Positions 1-6,619 of a stretch of 64,000 bases of DNA are shown in pieces. Position 1 is the stretch's first letter, and each line of letters begins with the position of its first letter. Source of the stretch: Victivallales bacterium (lineage in GTDB: Bacteria; Verrucomicrobiota; Lentisphaeria; Victivallales; UBA1829); NCBI GenBank assembly GCA_045589595.1, contig JAZNPK010000011.1, positions 341 through 64,340 on the forward strand, given 5' to 3'. The notes under the pieces were generated by a model that saw nothing but the letters and a program-made list of their open reading frames with translations, was not told the origin of the DNA and did not search any database. Made by a program: the position numbers and the translations under genes.

Positions 1-86
1 GCAGCCGCCAGAAGAATAAAATCACATTTTCCCCTTGTAGTAATAATTATTTTTGAATAAAAGAATAAAATAACTGCTTATAAAAC

Positions 87-114
87 TTGATTTATTCAAA
101 ATAAATGATATTTT
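87..114 (+). promoter_or_regulatory. Candidate sigma-70-type promoter of hipBA with an overlapping inverted repeat
   Basis: TTGATT (87-92), 16 nt, TATTTT (109-114), 25 nt upstream of ATG 139. A perfect 10-bp inverted repeat, TTTGAATAAA (52-61) / TTTATTCAAA (91-100), overlaps the -35 and looks operator-like. The AT-rich context lowers its significance. Confidence 0.35.
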
Positions 115-138
115 AATAGAAGTTACAAGGAGAACACT

Positions 139-459
139 ATGCCAAAGAAAACTGTAATTTTACTGCCTCAAATCGAAAATATCCTGTCAGAACTTGGTTC
201 CAATATCCGGCTTGCCCGGTTGCGGCGCAATATTACAGCCAAACTGGAAGCAGAACGGGCGGGCATCAGTATTGCAACGCTCGGAAAAATAGAATCCGGC
301 TCACCTGCAGTTTCAATTGGAAATTATATGCAGGTTTTGATGACCTTGGGCTTGGAAAAGGATATATTAAAAGTCGCTCAGGATGATGAATTGGGACGCA
401 AAATTCAAGATGCCGGACTTTCTGTTCGCCGCAGAGCTTCCAAACGAGGTGCAAAATGA
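139..459 (+). CDS. hipB: XRE-family helix-turn-helix regulator, HipB-like antitoxin
   Basis: 106 aa with an HTH core (ITAKLEAERAGISIATLGKIESG). SD AAGGAG lies upstream. The stop overlaps the hipA start (ATGA at 456-459). Confidence 0.75.
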   Translation: MPKKTVILLPQIENILSELGSNIRLARLRRNITAKLEAERAGISIATLGKIESGSPAVSIGNYMQVLMTLGLEKDILKVAQDDELGRKIQDAGLSVRRRASKRGAK

Positions 460-1697
460 GTGATGCTAAAAATATTTATGTCTATTTTGACCACAATACA
501 ACAACACCGGAGTTGCTCGGAGTACTTTCTGTTCAAATTGTCAGAGGCAAAGAATTTTTCTCATTTGAATTTAATCATGACTGGTTGAAGAAGTATCCCA
601 CACAAATTCTTGATCCTGATTTACAACTTTATACAGGCCCGCAATTTACATCAAAAAACAATTTTGGGATTTTTACAGATTCAGCCCCTGACCGCTGGGG
701 GCGCAGACTTATGCTCCGCAGAGAAAAAATCCGGGCAGCAAAGGAAGAACGCCGTCAAAAAATCTTGCAGGAATCGGATTTTTTGCTTGGGGTCTATGAT
801 GAAACCAGAATGGGGGCTTTGCGGTTCAAAATTGATCCGCAGGGTAAATTTATGAATGATGACAACAATATGGCCGCTCCTCCGTGGGCACGGCTCCGGG
901 AATTGGAAGAAGCCTGTCGCCGTCTTGATGATGACAAATTTCAAGATGAACACGAAAAGTGGCTTGCGATGCTTATTGCTCCCGGTTCATCTCTTGGAGG
1001 GGCAAGACCCAAAGCAACTATTACAGCCCCCGATAACTCTTTATGGATAGCAAAGTTTCCAAGTCACAATGACAATTCAAATATCTCTTCCTGGGAATAT
1101 ATTACAATGCAAATGGCAAGGGAATGCGGGATAAATGTTCCAGAGTGCAAATTGGAAAAGTTTTCAAAATTCGGTTCGACATTTCTGGTGAAACGCTTTG
1201 ACAGACTTAATGGTAAACGCATCCATTTTGCTTCGGCAATGACTTTATTAGGCAAGTCTGATGGAGCTAATGCCCAAGATGGCAGCAGTTATCTTGAAAT
1301 TGCAGAGTTTATTATGCGGTACGGTGCGGCTCCGGAACAGGATCTGCAAGAACTTTGGAAACGGATTGTATTTTCGATTGCAGTATCCAATACCGATGAT
1401 CATTTGCGAAATCATGGATTTTTGCTTTCAGAATCAGGTTGGAGATTATCTCCTGCTTATGATATAAACCCCAATCCGTCCGGATATGGACTGTCATTGA
1501 ATATTACAGAATATGACAATTCTCTGGATTTCGCTGTAGCTTTGGAAGTGGCTCCATTTTTCCGGCTGAAACAACAGGAAGCCGAAAAATGTTTGAAAGA
1601 AATAATCGATGTAACAGAGAACTGGCGAAACTATGCTTCAGCCAAAGGGATTTCCCGTTCCGAGCAAGAGGAAATGCAAAAAGCATTTCGTTGCTGA
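456..1697 (+). CDS. hipA: HipA-family serine/threonine kinase toxin
   Basis: 413 aa. Carries GSSLGGARPKA and the catalytic-loop motif NTDDHLRNHGF typical of HipA kinases. Translationally coupled to the upstream HTH gene. Confidence 0.9.
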   Translation: MSDAKNIYVYFDHNTTTPELLGVLSVQIVRGKEFFSFEFNHDWLKKYPTQILDPDLQLYTGPQFTSKNNFGIFTDSAPDRWGRRLMLRREKIRAAKEERRQKILQESDFLLGVYDETRMGALRFKIDPQGKFMNDDNNMAAPPWARLRELEEACRRLDDDKFQDEHEKWLAMLIAPGSSLGGARPKATITAPDNSLWIAKFPSHNDNSNISSWEYITMQMARECGINVPECKLEKFSKFGSTFLVKRFDRLNGKRIHFASAMTLLGKSDGANAQDGSSYLEIAEFIMRYGAAPEQDLQELWKRIVFSIAVSNTDDHLRNHGFLLSESGWRLSPAYDINPNPSGYGLSLNITEYDNSLDFAVALEVAPFFRLKQQEAEKCLKEIIDVTENWRNYASAKGISRSEQEEMQKAFRC

Positions 1698-1726
1698 TAA
1701 GTATTTGTTATTAAATGAGTCGTATT

Positions 1727-2497
1727 TTACCTCGGAAATCTTATTTTTCCATAAGCTTCTATCTTAACAAAAACTTCTAAAATATCTTCTTTTTCATCTG
1801 GTAGTTTGGAAAAGAAATCCAGATCGGTTTGTTTTTCCACTTCGTCAACGCTAACGGCGAACACCTGCAATGGTTGATCGGAGGGACGGTGGGGAATGAT
1901 AAAGCCGATCATTTTCTGCGGCGGAGTCAGGTCATAAATGACTTTGTAAAACGCTTTGGGAATGGTGATTTTTCCCGATGGCAGATATTTTGCTTCAGAC
2001 GCAGGCGGAAATATTGCTCCGGTAACGACATAAATTTCCTTCTCTTTCAAAGCGATTGCTCTCACTAACTCTTCCAGTCTTTTCCAAACTCCCCGGTTGA
2101 ATCCAGGAAGCTGCGGCGACATATTACTCATCAAAAAACTGTCCAGCATTGTCTGTTTGGAAAACGCCATATCTGCTGCCGGAGCAAGATGACCCCGGTC
2201 AAATCCGCTGCGGGTATAGTCTTTGGGGTAAGCTGAACGGGGAATCAAAGGATCATGCTTGAAACGGTTTGACCGTTTATATGGTTCAGCCTGTAATTCT
2301 GCGGCGGTAAGTTTGTAAATCACCCATAACGGCTGCCGGTGTTTATTGGAAAATCCGACCGCAAATCCCCGTCTGTCAATAACAACATCCGCTTTACCGG
2401 GATTTCCCAACAGCAGATTATCAAATTCAGATTTTTCAGCAGCACCGCAAAGAAATGCGATACAACTCAACAGAAAGAGGAACAGTTTGATCTTCAC
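1727..2497 (-). CDS. Secreted DNA/RNA non-specific endonuclease (NucA/EndoG beta-beta-alpha-Me family)
   Basis: Active-site motifs FDRGHLAP and SNMSPQ. I place the start at GTG 2497, with SD GAAAGGA 6 nt upstream followed by a signal-peptide-like KIKLFLFLLSCIAFLCGAA. The track ORF extends to 2557 only by reading through a terminator hairpin. Confidence 0.85.
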   Translation of the reverse strand: MKIKLFLFLLSCIAFLCGAAEKSEFDNLLLGNPGKADVVIDRRGFAVGFSNKHRQPLWVIYKLTAAELQAEPYKRSNRFKHDPLIPRSAYPKDYTRSGFDRGHLAPAADMAFSKQTMLDSFLMSNMSPQLPGFNRGVWKRLEELVRAIALKEKEIYVVTGAIFPPASEAKYLPSGKITIPKAFYKVIYDLTPPQKMIGFIIPHRPSDQPLQVFAVSVDEVEKQTDLDFFSKLPDEKEDILEVFVKIEAYGKIRFPR

Positions 2498-2520
2498 GGC
2501 AGTCCTTTCTGCCGCTTCAG

Positions 2521-2551
2521 ATAAAAAAAGAGCGGCAAGCCCAACTTGCCG
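2521..2551 (-). terminator. Intrinsic terminator immediately upstream of the nuclease start (attenuator-like position)
   Basis: The minus-strand RNA reads CGGCAAG-UUGGG-CUUGCCG followed by CUCUUUUUUUAU. The U-run ends about 25 nt before GTG 2497. Confidence 0.65.
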
Positions 2552-2765
2552 TGACACGAGGTCTGGTACAACCCATCATCTAAGCAAGCGGGTTGCCGCA
2601 TTAGTACACAAAGATACAATGCGACACTCCCGAATGTTTGCCAGATGATTTTGCGAAAGTACCAGTTTCGTGTCAGGCGAAACACCGGTTAGCCGGTATA
2701 TTCAATTTTTGTTATTTACACAAGTCCTAAATTTTCCGAAAATACCTCCTGTGGAATTTTGTCAT

Positions 2766-2794
2766 AATATACTACTACATCGGGCAAAACGCAA
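2766..2794 (-). promoter_or_regulatory. Candidate promoter of a leader or sRNA of about 240 nt that precedes the nuclease gene
   Basis: Minus strand reads TTGCGT (2794-2789), 17 nt, TATATT (2771-2766). Confidence 0.4.
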
Positions 2795-2848
2795 CCGCAG
2801 AAAACAGATTTTCTTGATTTGCTGTTCAAAAAACGCACAATTTTAAGA

Positions 2849-4537
2849 TTAAACGCTCTTGATTTTCAGCTGTCCGAACTTGGCAAGAACAGCTTTTGTT
2901 CCTGTCTTGTAAGTTACAGTAATCTTTGTTTTTTCATTAATATAAATGTCAGAGTCCTCTTCGGTTCCTTTATTCCGCAGTTCAATTTCCCAGGACGGCA
3001 TCCACGGACGGTTTGAAATCCACATCCGGGGAACTGTAACATCTCCATATTTTGTATGAAACTCTACCCGATCCCGGAATATAGTTGCTGTAATATCCGC
3101 TTCAACCAGTAAGGATTCATACAGACCATTGGAAAGATTTTTTGATGCAAGATCATTAAAAAGTTGCGAAAGGATACTGTTTCCCAACTCTTTCATTGAT
3201 TCTTCAGAAACTTCTGTCATTTTGAGAGTCAGAATTTTCTTGGAAATCTCTTCTTTCTTTAGTTTATGGTCAATAAGCATATTTCGGATCTGTTCTTCTG
3301 TTACAATACCTTCGGTAAACATATTAAACAGTTTCCGTTCTTTACTGTTGAGATTTTCCAGCTCGACTTCATATTTGGCAAGTTCCTGTTTCCCCTTGAG
3401 CATTTCTGCGGCTCTGTGGTAACGCTCAATCAATGCGATAGAAAGCAGCGGATATATTGCATCATATAATGTTGGATTTCCTCTTGCACCGGTTTCAAAG
3501 CGGATACGGCTGTTGCTGCACGACGCATGACTGCGGGAAAGATTCTTTTTGTTGCAGCCATAATAAACTTTACCGGAATCCAGTTTGCAGATAAGTTTAC
3601 TGCCGCACTCTCCGCAAAAGAGTCTGCCGGAAACCGGAAGCCAGTGTTTTTTATCTCTCCGGTAATGTTCCCTGCGTTTTACGCTGATGATCTCCTGTAC
3701 CTTTTGCCATTGGTCAAACGAAACAATTTCCTGCCCGGAGATTTGGATGTTTTTGATCAGTTCTCCGTCTGTATTATACTGATATCCAGCATAAAGCGGT
3801 TGTTTTGCGATGCTGTATATACTGCTTTCATAGAAGAACATTTCTGAACCGAAACGCTCGTTGCAGTCCTTTATTATAGATATATAGGAACGATGTTCAC
3901 AAATACTGTCGTAAATAAATCTGATAATTTCCACACATTCCGGACGGACTTCCAACTGATCATTGCCCAAATACCGGATACCAAAAATATGCGAGCCGCA
4001 ACAAAGTTTCCCACTGTCCCGTTTGATGCGGAAAGCATTGATACTGTTTTGCCGTTTCTTTTGAAGATCATCATAGAGGATTTGATTTTTGATGGAAGTG
4101 ATAAGCTGCTGATCGAATTTGGAAAGATCAATGCTGCCGCCTTGTACTTGCAAAACTTTAACATTATGCTCCCGGAGCAGATGATTGATGTGTCCTTCAA
4201 GGAAACTTCCATTGATCGGACGATAAAGACGGGTGAGTTCATTGACAAGGATAACATCAATTTCATCCAGGTGCAGTAAAGCTTCGCCCAAACCGGTTCT
4301 GAAAACTTTTTTTGTAGATTGATTGGCAATCCAATCCTTATAGGCAGAATCGACTCTCGCGATTTCTTCCGCACCGATAGGATAAGTTTCCCCGCTGGTG
4401 TTGAGATCCCGAAAAATTCCGATGACATCCAATTTTTCTTTTTCTGCAAGGGTCTGGCAGTTTGCAATCTGAGCTTCTACTGATTCAGACAGATCATCTT
4501 TACCACTGCTTTGACGGGCATAAATCAGAGCTTTCAT
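2849..4537 (-). CDS. Large serine recombinase (resolvase catalytic domain, recombinase domain, zinc ribbon, coiled coil)
   Basis: 562 aa. N-terminus is MKALIYARQSS (serine nucleophile motif). Cys4 ribbon CGECGSKLIC...YYGC...HASC. SD GGAGG lies upstream of ATG 4537. Confidence 0.9.
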   Translation of the reverse strand: MKALIYARQSSGKDDLSESVEAQIANCQTLAEKEKLDVIGIFRDLNTSGETYPIGAEEIARVDSAYKDWIANQSTKKVFRTGLGEALLHLDEIDVILVNELTRLYRPINGSFLEGHINHLLREHNVKVLQVQGGSIDLSKFDQQLITSIKNQILYDDLQKKRQNSINAFRIKRDSGKLCCGSHIFGIRYLGNDQLEVRPECVEIIRFIYDSICEHRSYISIIKDCNERFGSEMFFYESSIYSIAKQPLYAGYQYNTDGELIKNIQISGQEIVSFDQWQKVQEIISVKRREHYRRDKKHWLPVSGRLFCGECGSKLICKLDSGKVYYGCNKKNLSRSHASCSNSRIRFETGARGNPTLYDAIYPLLSIALIERYHRAAEMLKGKQELAKYEVELENLNSKERKLFNMFTEGIVTEEQIRNMLIDHKLKKEEISKKILTLKMTEVSEESMKELGNSILSQLFNDLASKNLSNGLYESLLVEADITATIFRDRVEFHTKYGDVTVPRMWISNRPWMPSWEIELRNKGTEEDSDIYINEKTKITVTYKTGTKAVLAKFGQLKIKSV

Positions 4538-4573
4538 AAATTTTCCTCCAAATTTAGTTTTTCATTTCACCAT

Positions 4574-4602
4574 AATATAGCACCAAAACCCTAATTTAAC
4601 AA
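4574..4602 (-). promoter_or_regulatory. Candidate promoter of the island's serine recombinase
   Basis: Minus strand reads TTGTTA, 17 nt (ending in the TGc extended -10), TATATT. The predicted start site is about 30 nt upstream of ATG 4537. The promoter lies entirely on the AT-rich side of the junction. Confidence 0.45.
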
Positions 4603-4664
4603 GTTTCATTCGTGAGCATCTCTACCAATGTAAAACAACAGTTTTTCAGTTTTTTCTTCATCAT
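4596..4664 (-). pseudogene. Truncated 5' stub of a prepilin-type (N-terminal cleavage/methylation) gene
   Basis: Minus strand has SD GAAAGGAG, then ATGATG..., encoding MMKKKLKNCCFTLVEMLTNETC*. The leader and FTLVEMLT match the intact gene at 6620 (FTLIEMLT; 18/24 nt over those codons). The hydrophobic helix that should follow is replaced by NETC-stop and AT-rich DNA. Confidence 0.6.
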
Positions 4665-4746
4665 CTGTAAAATTCTCCTTTCACTGCAGATATAGCACAT
4701 ACGACAGTTTCTGCTGTGTAACCGGAGTATTGCAGACAGGTGAAAA

Positions 4747-6468
4747 ATGGTGTATGATACCGCATCCGTCAGGACAACAGAACCCAACAAGTCAGGAGGT
4801 ATTATTGTGAGTGAGAGATGTTTTGTGTATTGCCGTCAATCCAGCGGTTCGGAAGGAGCATCGGAAAGTCTCAGCATCAATCAACAGCTGGAAAATTGTT
4901 TGAATTGCGCAAAATCTTACGGACTGGATATTACAGGCGTATTTACCGATGCCAATGTCAGTGGTAAAACATACCCTGCGGGCTATGAACAGATCGCTGC
5001 GGCTGATCGCGGATTTCAGCAATGGTATGCCGGACAAAGCGGAAGAAAACAGTTCCGGTCCGGTCTGGGTGAACTTCTGAAGCGTCTTCCGGAAGTGCAG
5101 GTGATCGTTGTGGATGAAATCACCCGTCTGTATCGGGCTGCCGCGGGATCATTTCTGGAACAGATTCTGTATTTTGCATTGACAGAAAAACGGATCCGTA
5201 TCCTGCAAGTCAAAGGCGGCTGGCTGGATCTTTCCAGTTTTGATCAGAGTCTGATCCAGCTTCTCCGGACACGGATCAATGACGAGCAGATCAATCATCA
5301 GCGGAAAAAAAGTATGGAAAGCCGTAAACGGCTGCGTGACGACGGATATGTTTGTAATGCAAATTTTTATGCCGGGATTTATGACGGACACAAGCATTTT
5401 CATTTTGATCCGGAAAAAGGAGAATGTGTCCGGCAGATATTTCAGGCGGTGGCATCCGGCATGTCTCTCGGTCAACTGTGCCGGGAACTCAATCGCAAAA
5501 GCCGATCTGTTATTTATCCGTCCACGATCCGCAGAATACTCACCAACCGGATCTACACCGGATATATGACAGATTCAAACGGATTGCTGATCCCCTGCAG
5601 AAATCTTGCAGAACCGCTGATCTCCGTAGAACTTTTTGAAGAGGTCCGCCAACGGTTGGAAGATCAACGGGAAAGAAATATCAAATCCCGCACGGAAACA
5701 TGCCGGAAATATTTTCTGCCCCTCTCCGGTTACCTGAAATGCGGGATCTGCGGCGCATCTTTGCAATGTGAGTTCGATCGGGGTAAAATTTTTTATCAGT
5801 GCCGCAACAGTGTATTGGGGCGCAATAAACGATGCGCAGCTGTGCGGATCCTTGATTCTTATGCGGACGGACGGAAAATCAATGGCTTGCGTCATACACT
5901 GGAACCATTTTTCCTGTTCGCATACCGGAAGCGTGAGGCACAACTCCGGGCATTGATCTGCAATGAAGAAAACAGAAGACAACTGGAACAGCAAAACAGA
6001 TGTCTGCAGGAACAGCTGACTGCCGCATTTGATGCCTGTTGCGCAGACCTTGTGGATAAAACAGATCTTCTTGCACTTACTTCACGCCAGATCTCACAGA
6101 TCAATATGTTGCGGCTGCAGTTGTATCAACTGACGGAATACGATCGAGTGGAAACGGAGACTGCTCTGGCAGAACTGGAACGGAAAAAGAAAAGATTCCT
6201 GACAGATCACAAAATCGATCATATCGAATACAGACAACTGATCTCAAAATGTATTGATACCGTGTATGTTTTTCCGGAATATATAAAAATCGTTTCCGCC
6301 CCGCCGGAACAAATGACTGTTTCACTGCCGCGAATTCTGTGTCCGCGACAGCAACGGCTCCTGCCGGACTGGAAAATCAGACATTTGAAAAACGGTACTG
6401 CAAAAATTTTTTACGATATCCCCGGCTCCACACCCCGAACCGTTATTTTTACAATAAAAAAACAGTGA
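4747..6468 (+). CDS. Large serine recombinase, paralogous to 2849-4537
   Basis: 573 aa. Carries CFVYCRQSS (serine motif), ITRLYR, a recombinase domain and the zinc ribbon CGICGASLQC...YQC...RC. SD AGGTGA lies before ATG 4747. An alternative in-frame GTG at 4807 is possible. Confidence 0.88.
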   Translation: MVYDTASVRTTEPNKSGGIIVSERCFVYCRQSSGSEGASESLSINQQLENCLNCAKSYGLDITGVFTDANVSGKTYPAGYEQIAAADRGFQQWYAGQSGRKQFRSGLGELLKRLPEVQVIVVDEITRLYRAAAGSFLEQILYFALTEKRIRILQVKGGWLDLSSFDQSLIQLLRTRINDEQINHQRKKSMESRKRLRDDGYVCNANFYAGIYDGHKHFHFDPEKGECVRQIFQAVASGMSLGQLCRELNRKSRSVIYPSTIRRILTNRIYTGYMTDSNGLLIPCRNLAEPLISVELFEEVRQRLEDQRERNIKSRTETCRKYFLPLSGYLKCGICGASLQCEFDRGKIFYQCRNSVLGRNKRCAAVRILDSYADGRKINGLRHTLEPFFLFAYRKREAQLRALICNEENRRQLEQQNRCLQEQLTAAFDACCADLVDKTDLLALTSRQISQINMLRLQLYQLTEYDRVETETALAELERKKKRFLTDHKIDHIEYRQLISKCIDTVYVFPEYIKIVSAPPEQMTVSLPRILCPRQQRLLPDWKIRHLKNGTAKIFYDIPGSTPRTVIFTIKKQ

Positions 6469-6484
6469 TTTCTTGTTGCGGGAT

Positions 6485-6513
6485 TTGAAATGTCAGAAAA
6501 TGTATGCTATCGT
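6485..6513 (+). promoter_or_regulatory. Candidate promoter of the H-X9-DG prepilin-type gene
   Basis: TTGAAA (6485-6490), 17 nt (ending TGc), TATCGT (6508-6513). This would give a 5' UTR of about 100 nt. Confidence 0.35.
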
Positions 6514-6619
6514 AAAGTGATGATAATTGACTCGTCAACCGGCTAACCAAGCCCGCAGACGCACATAGAGCCGGAATGGTCGTATGTGCATTGGCGGGGT
6601 CATGTGAGGAGATTGGCTT

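Larger units (their letters stand above)
1..4610. mobile_element. AT-rich accessory island carrying hipBA, a secreted nuclease and a large serine recombinase. Right junction is at about 4610/4611. Left end is at or beyond the window start.
   Basis: Hand-counted 60-nt lines give 40% (481-540), 43% (3061-3120) and 33% (3241-3300) G+C here. Core-gene lines give 50% (12001-12060) and 67% (20041-20100). The recombinase start lies 74 nt from the point where a minus-strand prepilin-type reading frame loses family similarity and hits a stop. Confidence 0.5.

Noticed and set aside
13-71. AGAATAAAAT at 13-22 and 62-71, plus tandem GAATAAAA units, as possible recombinase-binding subsites at the island's left end
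   Set aside because: This is extremely AT-rich, low-complexity sequence. No inverted counterpart exists at the right end (4560-4610). If anything, the repeats suggest that island-type sequence reaches almost to nt 13, which makes the left boundary harder rather than easier to place.
2621-2644. Minus-strand GGCAAACAUUCGGGAGUGUCGC in the nuclease leader resembles the GGCAAACCAUUCGAAAGAGUGGGACGC start of the Vc2 c-di-GMP-I (GEMM) riboswitch
   Set aside because: The similarity is limited to about 12 nt. The GNRA tetraloop hairpin does not form cleanly here, and the downstream ACGCAAAGC and P2 elements are missing. This is insufficient to call a known class.
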